From: Candidatus Woesearchaeota archaeon
GTDB taxonomy: Archaea > Nanobdellota > Nanobdellia > Pacearchaeales > GW2011-AR1
Direction: 5' to 3'
Length of the DNA stretch: 36,018 bases
Assembly: GCA_964530955.1 (NCBI GenBank)
Contig: CAZHCL010000009.1
Coordinates: 1 to 36,018 of the forward strand
This document shows, in pieces, positions 1 to 7,671 of this stretch; the stretch's first letter is position 1; each line of letters starts with the position of its first letter. The notes under the pieces are model-generated. The model was not told where the DNA came from. It searched no databases and was given only the letters and a program-made list of their open reading frames with translations. The position numbers and the translations under genes were made by a program.

Positions 1-293
1 TTTTTTAAGTATTCTTTTCTAAAAGCAATTACCTCTTGTATCCTCTCAGCAGTTATTGGCTCAAATTCATCAGGTCTGGGAGTTGAATCACTCCATAATA
101 CCAATCTTTTTTTAGTGCCATTTGAATATTTTACAGTTTTCGATTTGGTGTTAATGAAAACAATCTGATTGTAATGAGGGAATCTACCTACGATGGGCTC
201 TCCTTCTTCTTCACGTTGGACATAAAAACCATCTCTTAAAGGATTTCCTAGTCCATCTTTGTAATCTGTTTGAGATTCCAATGTTTGATTCAT
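1..293 (-). CDS. Hypothetical protein, 3' end truncated by the window edge (MNQTLESQTDYKDGLGNPLRDGFYVQREE...)
   Basis: Manual translation: ATG at 293, 97 stop-free codons to position 1; AAGGTTTAAA promoter-like motif 24 nt upstream. Not in the ORF track. Confidence 0.7.
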   Translation of the reverse strand, partial: MNQTLESQTDYKDGLGNPLRDGFYVQREEEGEPIVGRFPHYNQIVFINTKSKTVKYSNGTKKRLVLWSDSTPRPDEFEPITAERIQEVIAFRKEYLK

Positions 294-316
294 ATTCTAT
301 CTAAAAAACACAAATA

Positions 317-326
317 TTTAAACCTT
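317..326 (-). promoter_or_regulatory. BRE/TATA-like promoter motif AAGGTTTAAA
   Basis: The same AAGGTTTAWA motif recurs about 22-35 nt upstream of several genes (2765, 3173, 5057, 21901, 22021). Confidence 0.6.
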
Positions 327-358
327 TCTATTTGTTACTATTTTATAGTTATAAATAA

Positions 359-528
359 TGCTCCTGCCGGGATTTGAACCCGGGTTCTGGCCGTTCTCCA
401 CTGCCCTGATAAAATCAGGGCGTATTGTGAAAAGCGCTTGTCTGAGAGCAGACAGAGATTTCAATCTCGACGATTCAAATCTCAGCAATCCGAGAGGGCC
501 ATGTCCTTGACCTCTAGACTACAGGAGC
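359..528 (-). tRNA. tRNA-Glu(CTC) with a 97-nt intron at 37/38 (intron 394..490)
   Basis: Exons match the intronless tRNA-Glu(TTC) at 21923-21995 except at position 34. Complete BHB: central helix CUCU/GGAG, bulges CG^G and AA^C, outer helix AUUGC/GCAGU. Confidence 0.95.
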
Positions 529-576
529 TTGGAATTAGAGGCTAAAATTAATTTATAAATCTACCCTATCAGTAAA

Positions 577-1020
577 TTACTGAAGACGTTTTGGCAATGC
601 ATAAAATATCCAGTCTTCATTGGCTATATGCTCTCTTATCTTTTTTATTAAGTCAATTCCATCTCTTTTAAGAGACTCTTTTACGTTGAACTCACTTCCT
701 GTTCTGACTGATGAAATTATGTTATCCATATCTCTTTTTAGTCTTCCGTGTTCAAAAACTATTTTCTTAATAGGTATTGTAAACCCTTTCTTATGGAGTT
801 CATTAAAGTATAATTCCTCTTTTACTTCATGTTCGTCCCAGAAAGACTTGATTTTCTTAACAACGTGGAATAAATTTGGATAATTTATTACTTCAGAATT
901 CATTATGGTTTCTAATTCTATAAGCTCTCTTTCAATTTGTTCGTGCTCTTTTATGAATTCACTGGCTTTTCCAACCATTTTTTTACTAGTATATTCTATT
1001 ATAAATAAATGTTGATTCAT
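577..1020 (-). CDS. Hemerythrin/HHE cation-binding domain protein (true start may be the Met of MVGKASE)
   Basis: Repeated helical metal-ligand pattern: EHEQI, EHEVKEE, EHGRL, EHIANED. Confidence 0.75.
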   Translation of the reverse strand: MNQHLFIIEYTSKKMVGKASEFIKEHEQIERELIELETIMNSEVINYPNLFHVVKKIKSFWDEHEVKEELYFNELHKKGFTIPIKKIVFEHGRLKRDMDNIISSVRTGSEFNVKESLKRDGIDLIKKIREHIANEDWIFYALPKRLQ

Positions 1021-1068
1021 CTTGTTTTGTATAATAAAGCTTTAATACTTAACTTACAGCAATATTTT

Positions 1069-1218
1069 ATGGATTTTTCACAAAAATGCCCTAAATGTAA
1101 CGGTACTAAAAGGGTAAAGGAAAAAGATGGTACAATCAGGCCTTGTTGGGATTGCTTGTCAAAAGGAGATATGGATCAGCATAATAAAAACCCTAAGGAT
1201 TCCGGAGTCGTAATTTAA
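1069..1218 (+). CDS. Small zinc-ribbon protein, 49 aa (CPKC...CWDC)
   Basis: ATG at 1069 inside the listed 1009..1218 ORF; two CxxC motifs with DnaJ-type zinc-finger-like spacing (CPKCNGT). Confidence 0.65.
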   Translation: MDFSQKCPKCNGTKRVKEKDGTIRPCWDCLSKGDMDQHNKNPKDSGVVI

Positions 1219-1222
1219 AAAA

Positions 1223-1295
1223 TAGCCCCACCAGGATTCGAACCTGGGTCCAAGCCTCCAGAGGGCTCGATCATTGACCACTAGACCATGGGGCT
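1223..1295 (-). tRNA. tRNA-Gln(CTG)
   Basis: Cloverleaf AGCCCCA/TGGGGCT with the archaeal Gln A1-U72 pair, anticodon loop CT-CTG-GA, T-loop TTCGAAT. Confidence 0.95.
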
Positions 1296-1390
1296 ACAAT
1301 CTTATGTCTTGAAATGGGTTTAAAATGTTATCTATAGGAACATTTTTATATTTAATATCCTTGAGCTATTAATAAAAGAGGTATGATAAA

Positions 1391-1696
1391 ATGATTTGGA
1401 CATGGATCGGTATTGCACTGGTGATTGTTGTTCTGCTTGTAGCTTTCAAATTTAAGGAGATAAGGCATAAGTTTAGCTTGATAGTTATTGCTCTAGTATT
1501 GATATTTCTCATATTTTCCTTTACACAAATATACCAAACAAACAAAGTTGACCTAACTACTTTTGATGGAGTTGTAAAAGTAGGTCAGCTTTATTTTACT
1601 TGGCTTGGCGGTTTGTTTAGCAACATAGGAAAAGTAGGAGCTTATGCAATTCATCAGGATTGGGGACTAAACGCGACAAATAGTACCTTGAAATGA
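1391..1696 (+). CDS. Small membrane protein (2 TM segments plus amphipathic C-terminal segment)
   Basis: Hydrophobic N-terminal segments; GAGGT SD upstream; ATGA overlap with the next gene. Confidence 0.75.
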   Translation: MIWTWIGIALVIVVLLVAFKFKEIRHKFSLIVIALVLIFLIFSFTQIYQTNKVDLTTFDGVVKVGQLYFTWLGGLFSNIGKVGAYAIHQDWGLNATNSTLK

Positions 1697-1920
1697 AGAT
1701 ATATTTAATCATTCTTTTGTTTCTTTTTATCGGTGCTTTGGTTATAGTCAGTAACGATAACCTTCATTTGAAAAGCGCTGATGAAGCAAAGAAGTTTGCT
1801 TCTCTTTATTATTCCTGGCTTCTTGATACTGGGTCTAATATGATTAAGACGACGGGATACATAGTCAAGTTTGAATGGTTGCCCAGAGACAACAGCACAA
1901 TCGTGAATAGTACAAAATAG
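1693..1920 (+). CDS. Small membrane protein, probable paralog of 1391..1696
   Basis: One N-terminal TM; shares LYxxWL...SNxxK...Y...[DE]W...NST with the upstream gene. Confidence 0.7.
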   Translation: MKIYLIILLFLFIGALVIVSNDNLHLKSADEAKKFASLYYSWLLDTGSNMIKTTGYIVKFEWLPRDNSTIVNSTK

Positions 1921-1956
1921 TTATTTTTTTATAGCCTCTTTCTCTAGCAAAAGCAA

Positions 1957-2029
1957 GCCTCTATAGCTCAGCGGTTAGAGCGCAGCATTGGTAATGCTGA
2001 GGTCCCGGGTTCAAATCCCGGTAGAGGCT
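1957..2029 (+). tRNA. tRNA-Thr(GGT)
   Basis: Acceptor GCCTCTA/TAGAGGC, anticodon arm CAGCA-TTGGTAA-TGCTG, T-loop TTCAAAT. Confidence 0.96.
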
Positions 2030-2048
2030 TTTTGGAATAGGCCTACTT

Positions 2049-2645
2049 TTATTCAACCAATCTTGCGACATTAGGTAAAGAGCTTTTACGAATTAACAGC
2101 TGTATTCCGTTTAACATATCAAAATTCCATTCATTTGAATCTAATCCATAAAAGTCATGGGTTCTGACTATTACTCCATTTCTTTCTACCTCTGAGTTTA
2201 ATCTTATATCTCTTAAATGTCGCGGTTTCAATATGCAATAATGGTTATCTCCATTTTTTCTCTGTGCCTTAGAATGTCTTTGCTCCTTAGCAAAAAACTT
2301 TTCTATTAGTAGATTTTCAATTAGACAGAATTCTTTAAATTCCATCTGAGCCACATTTCTTACGACAACTGCTTTCCTCATTTTTGATAATCCTTTTTGT
2401 GAATGCCAACCATATATGTAAAAAACTGGCTCTTTAAGAGTCTTAAAACTTTCAATTTGATAGGGCTTTATTCTGCCTCCATAATAGGCGCACTGGCCTT
2501 TAACTTCTAAATGGAATTCATTACATGAGAAATCTGGAAGATTTGAACCTTTTTGATTCCAGTCTAAAAAAGGATATTTATGGTGAATTAAATATTCAAA
2601 TCTATAGCCTATGAGATCAGCTAAGGTATTTCCTCTAGATATCAT
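2049..2645 (-). CDS. Putative PD-(D/E)xK restriction-endonuclease-like protein
   Basis: GYRFE helix followed by LPDFSCNEFHLEVKG, matching the E...PD-(x7)-ExK catalytic layout. Confidence 0.55.
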   Translation of the reverse strand: MISRGNTLADLIGYRFEYLIHHKYPFLDWNQKGSNLPDFSCNEFHLEVKGQCAYYGGRIKPYQIESFKTLKEPVFYIYGWHSQKGLSKMRKAVVVRNVAQMEFKEFCLIENLLIEKFFAKEQRHSKAQRKNGDNHYCILKPRHLRDIRLNSEVERNGVIVRTHDFYGLDSNEWNFDMLNGIQLLIRKSSLPNVARLVE

Positions 2646-2764
2646 AGATATTTTTTAATACCTTATTTTAAATAGATATATAGCTCGAGATATATATCAT
2701 TATTTTATCTATTTCCTATTTGGTAGCATGTTATTAATATATAGAACATAGATTATTTTATCCA

Positions 2765-2774
2765 AAGGTTTAAA
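2765..2774 (+). promoter_or_regulatory. BRE/TATA-like motif AAGGTTTAAA upstream of 2798
   Basis: Recurrent motif 24 nt before the ATG. Confidence 0.6.
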
Positions 2775-2797
2775 AGTATTTTATAATTCGACTTTTT

Positions 2798-3142
2798 ATG
2801 GATGTAAGTAATGTAAGCAAAAATGTCATGAGGCAATTAGCAGAGGAAGCGTATGCTTCATTGGCTGGAGAGGGAGATACTAGATTTGAAGATTTATATG
2901 ATTCTGCTAGAGTTTTCTATTCAGAAGTAGCCAAATGGCATCTCGAGCATTCTGACTTATTAGGAGATATAGAATATATTGCCTCTAAACTATTTGAGAG
3001 AGTTATGATTTATGAGCAAAAAAGAAGATTGGAGAATAGGCCTATTCAGAATGGTGGATTGATTATTATGAACTGGGCAGTAAAAGATAATTACTATGAA
3101 CTTGCTAAATGGCATATTGAACTTGCTGGAGAAGCAAGGTAG
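2798..3142 (+). CDS. Hypothetical helical protein with an internal repeat (YxExAKWHxE twice)
   Basis: ORF with upstream promoter motif; FYSEVAKWHLE and YYELAKWHIE. Confidence 0.65.
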   Translation: MDVSNVSKNVMRQLAEEAYASLAGEGDTRFEDLYDSARVFYSEVAKWHLEHSDLLGDIEYIASKLFERVMIYEQKRRLENRPIQNGGLIIMNWAVKDNYYELAKWHIELAGEAR

Positions 3143-3160
3143 AATATCTTTTTTCATCGA

Positions 3161-3182
3161 TTAAACCTTCTGAAGGTTTAAA
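3161..3182. promoter_or_regulatory. Perfect inverted repeat TTAAACCTTC-T-GAAGGTTTAA overlapping the ABC operon promoter motif
   Basis: 10-bp arms with a 1-nt spacer; the right arm is the AAGGTTTAAA motif about 35 nt before the ATG at 3217. Confidence 0.6.
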
Positions 3183-3216
3183 AAGCACTTTTGCTTTTAG
3201 TTTATTAGGTGGTTTA

Positions 3217-4020
3217 ATGGCTGACAATATAATAATTGATGTTAATGGGTTGACTAAGAAATTTAAGAAGATTACTGCTGTAGATAATGTATCTTTCCAG
3301 GTTAAAAAGGGAGAAATATTTGCATTTCTTGGGCCTAATGGCGCTGGGAAGACAACTACAATTAAAATATTAACTACTTTGTTGCAGCCGACATCTGGAA
3401 GAATTAATGTAAATGGCTTTGATCCATTGCATCAGCAGGCTGATGTAAGAAAATCTTTTGGAATTGTTTTTCAGGATTCAAGTCTTGATGATGATTTAAC
3501 TGCCTATGAGAATATGGAGTTTCATGCGGTTTTTTATAGTGTTCCAAGAGATTTGCGTAAAAAGAGAATTGAATATCTTTTGAAATTTGTTGATCTTTGG
3601 GATAGAAAAGATGATTTTGTTAAGACCTTTTCTGGAGGAATGAAAAGAAGGCTTGAAATAGCCCGTGCTTTGACTCATCATCCTAAAATTTTATTCCTTG
3701 ATGAGCCAACTCTTGGTTTGGACCCGCAGACAAGAAACCATCTTTGGGAATATGTAATGAAATTGAATAAAGATGAGGGGATGACTGTTTTTCTTACAAC
3801 TCATTACATGGAAGAAGCTGATAAAATATGTGATAGGGTTGCTATTATTGATCATGGAAAGATTATCAAACAGGGGAGTTCTAGGGAATTGAAGCAGGCT
3901 ACAAATACAAAGACTCTTGAGCAGGCTTTTTTGAAATTGACCGGTTATTCTATAAGAGATGAGAGCGCTTCTTCAACTGACATTATGAGACAGCAAGGCA
4001 AAGCATGGGGGAGAAAATAA
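3217..4020 (+). CDS. ABC-2 exporter ATP-binding subunit (DrrA/multidrug-like)
   Basis: Walker A GPNGAGKT, Q-loop, signature FSGGMKRR, Walker B LFLDE, H-loop TTHYM. Confidence 0.95.
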   Translation: MADNIIIDVNGLTKKFKKITAVDNVSFQVKKGEIFAFLGPNGAGKTTTIKILTTLLQPTSGRINVNGFDPLHQQADVRKSFGIVFQDSSLDDDLTAYENMEFHAVFYSVPRDLRKKRIEYLLKFVDLWDRKDDFVKTFSGGMKRRLEIARALTHHPKILFLDEPTLGLDPQTRNHLWEYVMKLNKDEGMTVFLTTHYMEEADKICDRVAIIDHGKIIKQGSSRELKQATNTKTLEQAFLKLTGYSIRDESASSTDIMRQQGKAWGRK

Positions 4021-4766
4021 TGGGTGCAATTTATATCATGTGGTTGAGACAGATAAAGAAATATTGGCGTTCAAAGGCAAGAATTATTAGTTCGCTTGCA
4101 CAGCCTATTCTGTTTTTAGTTGCTTTAGGAGTGGGTCTAGGTCCAGTATTCCAGAAAGCAGGTGATGGAAATTATATTCAATTCCTTGCTCCAGGAATAA
4201 TTGCAATGGCTATATTGTTTACTGCAATGTTTACTGGAATAGAAGTGATTTGGGACAGGCAGTTTGGATTTTTGAAAGAGACTTTAGTTGCTCCTGTGGC
4301 AAGAACAAAAATAATGCTTGGAAGGACTTTGGGAGGAGCAACGGTTGCAACATTACAAGGAGTAGTAGTATTACTAATTAGTTTGTTGATAGGATTTCAT
4401 GTTTCTAATTGGGCTTACTTCCCTCTTGCTCTTGTTTTTATGTTTGCAATAGCTTTGTTCTTTACTGCTTTAGGAACTACTATAGGTTCAGGATTTAGAG
4501 ACATGCAGGCTTTTCCATTAGTTATAAATTTCATAATAATGCCTCTTTTCTTTTTATCTGGAGCATTGTTTCCTCTTAACGACTTACCTGGAGGGATAGT
4601 TGCAGTCACAGAAGTTAATCCATTAACTTATGGAGTAGATGGATTAAGATATTGCTTGACTGGGCTTGGACATTTCAGTGTTATTGCTGATATTTTAGTA
4701 ATAGTAATTGTTGCCATAATTATGAATGTAATTGGAAGTTATGCTTTTTCAAAGATTCAGGTATAG
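4020..4766 (+). CDS. ABC-2 exporter permease (start at ATG 4020 in a TAATG overlap)
   Basis: Six hydrophobic segments, DRQFGFLKETLVAP and NPLTYGVDGLR motifs typical of ABC-2 permeases; coupled to the ATPase. Confidence 0.93.
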   Translation: MGAIYIMWLRQIKKYWRSKARIISSLAQPILFLVALGVGLGPVFQKAGDGNYIQFLAPGIIAMAILFTAMFTGIEVIWDRQFGFLKETLVAPVARTKIMLGRTLGGATVATLQGVVVLLISLLIGFHVSNWAYFPLALVFMFAIALFFTALGTTIGSGFRDMQAFPLVINFIIMPLFFLSGALFPLNDLPGGIVAVTEVNPLTYGVDGLRYCLTGLGHFSVIADILVIVIVAIIMNVIGSYAFSKIQV

Positions 4767-5033
4767 TTATCCAATTACTCTTACGGGAATTCCAGTAACT
4801 TTGTAAGTCAAAGTAAATCCTAGGAATGTTGTATCTGGAACTACTTTTACTTCTGTCAATCCATCATATCCTTGAGCTATGAGCTCAAGTTTAGCATCTG
4901 ATTCTACACATGATCTTAAGGGGGAAGGAAGACTTTCAAAACTTTCTGCAGCTTTTTCGTATCTTTTTGCCTTAAAAAAATTTAACTGGTCTACATTTCC
5001 ACGATAATATTCGATTGTTTCTAGGTTTGCCAT
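4767..5033 (-). CDS. Hypothetical protein; C-terminal half weakly resembles a YbjQ/heavy-metal-binding-like fold
   Basis: Promoter motif AAGGTTTAAA at 5057-5066; AKLELIAQGYDGLTEVKV...VTGIPV pattern. Confidence 0.55.
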   Translation of the reverse strand: MANLETIEYYRGNVDQLNFFKAKRYEKAAESFESLPSPLRSCVESDAKLELIAQGYDGLTEVKVVPDTTFLGFTLTYKVTGIPVRVIG

Positions 5034-5112
5034 ATTTTTACTCAGAATAGAGGATATTTAAACCTTTGTATTGTGTTGTCACTATATAGTAATATAAATA
5101 ATTAACTAATTG

Positions 5113-6741
5113 TTATTTGCTAATTTCTAGATAGTCTTTGTTATTAACATTCAAAGAAAATGACAAAATTCCATCTTTTTGTTCAAGCACAGTGCAGGTA
5201 TTCGAATTACATTCTTTTCCATCGTACATAGTATTATATGTAATATTATTTTCTGGCATTTGTATTGTTAGGTTGGTGATTCCGCTTCCTCCTAAAATTA
5301 TTGATGCGTTTTTCGCTTCTTTACTTTTCATTGTAGCTGAGAGAATGACTATGTTTTTATTGGTTTTTTCTAAAACTGCAGGTGTTGAGGAATAAATATA
5401 TGTAAATTGGGCAGTGTCTGGATTTTGAGGGTCAACAAGTAGGTTTGGATTTCCTCCAAGGGCTGATAGCTTTAGAGCTTGCCAATACCATTCCCAGGAA
5501 TAATCCATGGGCCAATCAGTATCAAAACTAAAACTTTGTTTTGTTTCATTTCCATATGTTTGATTAATATTTACTGATTGATCAGTTTGGTCGTCATAGG
5601 TTATAAATCTTTGAACTCCTACTGAACTTTTTTCTGCAGTTTCATTGTAAGTAAGAGAAAAATTAATTTGTTTGACTATTCCCAATAGATACTTTGGCTC
5701 TTCATCAGGTGATATTTGGAACCAATCAGTACAACTTCTTGTTTCGATGCTTTCTGGTTTTTCAAATAACAATGAACCGGAATCTGCTTTGAAAGCTCCA
5801 AGAGAATGGGCTTGCCCGTGGGTAGGGTCAATACCTCGTACGTAGAACTTATCATTAGTAGTATTTGTTGTATTAACAAGGAAAACATATTTTGATTTTT
5901 GTATATTGTTATTTTGGTCTTTAATTTCAAGGTTTATTGAGTGGATTCCAATACTTGTTGGAGTAAATTCGCCAAAAACAATTCCATTATTGTTTGTTAA
6001 GGAAAGATTATCACTTGAAGGACTTAATTCTATATCATAATTGCATCTTGAACAGCCCCAGATACTTGATAAATCGACTGAAAAATTGATAGGGATATTG
6101 ATGTAACCTTCGGAAGTACTTTTATCTAACTCTACTGGAGAAAAGATATTATTGTAATAATTGTTTGATTCAAAGATGTTATTTTGACTATCCACAAAGT
6201 AGAATGGATGTAAATTGAAGTTAATGTTATTATTTGCTATTTCGTTTCCTTCGCTTCTTACTACGGTAAGTCCAATATTGGCGCTATTCTTTATTAGATT
6301 ATCTTTTACTTGACTTCTAGTTACATTATTGTATAGTAATATGCCCTGCAAATCTTTTGTCAAAGTATTATTTATTACTGAGATATCATTTGATGACTGC
6401 AAAAATATTCCTACTTCGTAATTGTCAATTGTAAAGTTCTCAATGGTTACATTGCTTATATCTGACAGATATATTCCTGCTAGGTCATTGTTTTTAGTTG
6501 CTGAAAGAGTATGCGTGTTTCCATCTAAAATTACATTATTTGCGTTGATTATTATGCATTGCGGGGAAGTTGCTTGTATGTCATTAGATATAAAGTAATT
6601 TCCTGGTGAAGTTATGTTTTGGCAATTTGATATGGCTATTTCTTTGCTACCGCCTGCTTCTTTTTTTGGCAATGAAAGGAAAAGAAAGATTATCAGGATT
6701 ACGACAACTATTCCTGCAATAACGAACTGAATTTTCCTCAT
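5113..6741 (-). CDS. Membrane-anchored right-handed beta-helix (NosD/CASH, pectin-lyase-like) surface protein
   Basis: N-terminal TM; CQNITSPGNYFISNDI...CIIINANNVILDGN start and GIYL/GIFL/GILL NN-repeats; many NxS/T sequons. Confidence 0.85.
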   Translation of the reverse strand: MRKIQFVIAGIVVVILIIFLFLSLPKKEAGGSKEIAISNCQNITSPGNYFISNDIQATSPQCIIINANNVILDGNTHTLSATKNNDLAGIYLSDISNVTIENFTIDNYEVGIFLQSSNDISVINNTLTKDLQGILLYNNVTRSQVKDNLIKNSANIGLTVVRSEGNEIANNNINFNLHPFYFVDSQNNIFESNNYYNNIFSPVELDKSTSEGYINIPINFSVDLSSIWGCSRCNYDIELSPSSDNLSLTNNNGIVFGEFTPTSIGIHSINLEIKDQNNNIQKSKYVFLVNTTNTTNDKFYVRGIDPTHGQAHSLGAFKADSGSLLFEKPESIETRSCTDWFQISPDEEPKYLLGIVKQINFSLTYNETAEKSSVGVQRFITYDDQTDQSVNINQTYGNETKQSFSFDTDWPMDYSWEWYWQALKLSALGGNPNLLVDPQNPDTAQFTYIYSSTPAVLEKTNKNIVILSATMKSKEAKNASIILGGSGITNLTIQMPENNITYNTMYDGKECNSNTCTVLEQKDGILSFSLNVNNKDYLEISK

Positions 6742-6805
6742 TTTCTCTCAAAACAACTATCTATGGATTATTTATAAATATTCGGTAAGATTGGTAGAAG
6801 ATAAA

Positions 6806-6877
6806 AGCGGAAGGAGGGAGTCGAACCCTCGTCTACAGCGCCACAAGCTGACATTCTACCGTTAAACTACATCCGCC
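6806..6877 (-). tRNA. tRNA-His(GTG) copy 1, encoded G-1, U73
   Basis: GCGGATG/CTTCCGC acceptor (U6-U67 mismatch), loop TT-GTG-GC (U27-U43 mismatch), canonical TTCGACT T-loop. Confidence 0.85.
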
Positions 6878-6946
6878 ATGCATTTAGTGATGTAAATTGA
6901 TTTAAAAATCTAATGAAAACAATGGAATTGACATTAAATTATGCTC

Positions 6947-7096
6947 TTAGAAATCATCGTCATCGTCTTCATCAACTTCTTCTGCGAAAAGAGCTGTGCT
7001 GATATTCTCAAGCTGGTTTGAAATTTCTCCGAGCCTTACATCTATCATTCTTGACATTTCTCTTAATTCTTTGACTATTTCTCTTATATCATCCAT
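6947..7096 (-). CDS. 49-aa coiled-coil protein with acidic tail (MDDIREIVKELREMSRMIDVRLGEISNQLENISTALFAEEVDEDDDDDF)
   Basis: Manual translation; ATG 7096 to TAA 6947; fills the gap between two tRNA genes. Not in the ORF track. Confidence 0.65.
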   Translation of the reverse strand: MDDIREIVKELREMSRMIDVRLGEISNQLENISTALFAEEVDEDDDDDF

Positions 7097-7149
7097 TGTT
7101 AAGTTATATTTGTGAGTGATTTAAATATCTTATCTTTTGTTTTCTGAAA

Positions 7150-7260
7150 CGCCCACGCCCGGAATCGAACCGGGAGATCCCGAAGGAAACCGGTTTGCTT
7201 TTGAATCAATATACTTTTGTTCAGCTCAAGACCGGCGGAGTACCATTGTCCCACGTGGGC
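7150..7260 (-). tRNA. tRNA-Ser(TGA) with a 29-nt intron at 37/38 (intron 7196..7224)
   Basis: GCCCACG/CGTGGGC acceptor, G73, long variable arm with UUCG loop, relaxed BHB (CUUG/AAAG, UGAA/UUCA). Confidence 0.92.
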
Positions 7261-7388
7261 ATTCGAAACTAAAATAAGAAATGTACTTATAAATCTAATT
7301 GTTAATAACAAAAAGGTATTCTATTTCGAATAGAAAAGCGTCAGAACTAGCTAGGCTAGATAGTGCAATGTTTTTGGATAAAATGGAT

Positions 7389-7670
7389 TTATCCGAACAA
7401 TGCGCTAAGTCCAGCTGCTGATTCAGAAGCTTTTTCTTCCTTCTTCTCTTCCTTCGCTGCAGGTGCTGCACTTGCTGCTGGAGCTGCTGCCATTGCTGAT
7501 GCATTGGCTAACTCTGCTGCTAGGTCAACGCCTTGTAGGGCTGCAATCAGTGTCTTAACTTTTGCTTCATCTGCAGGTACTCCTGCTGCGGCTATGACCT
7601 TTGAAAGGTTTTCAGCTGTTACAGGTTGTCCAAGCTTATGCAAAAGCAAAGCGCCGTATATGTATTCCAT
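7389..7670 (-). CDS. rpl12: Archaeal ribosomal stalk protein P1 (L12)
   Basis: MEYIYGALLLH N-terminus, Ala-rich hinge, GLSALFG C-terminus. Confidence 0.97.
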   Translation of the reverse strand: MEYIYGALLLHKLGQPVTAENLSKVIAAAGVPADEAKVKTLIAALQGVDLAAELANASAMAAAPAASAAPAAKEEKKEEKASESAAGLSALFG

Positions 7671-7671
7671 T

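Noticed and set aside
394-490. Box C/D guide RNA inside the tRNA-Glu intron
   Set aside because: CUGA occurs, but there is no convincing RUGAUGA box C with the right spacing.
2030-6805. Integrated element between tRNA-Thr and tRNA-His
   Set aside because: No integrase or transposase, and no duplicated tRNA 3' end (att site) was found.
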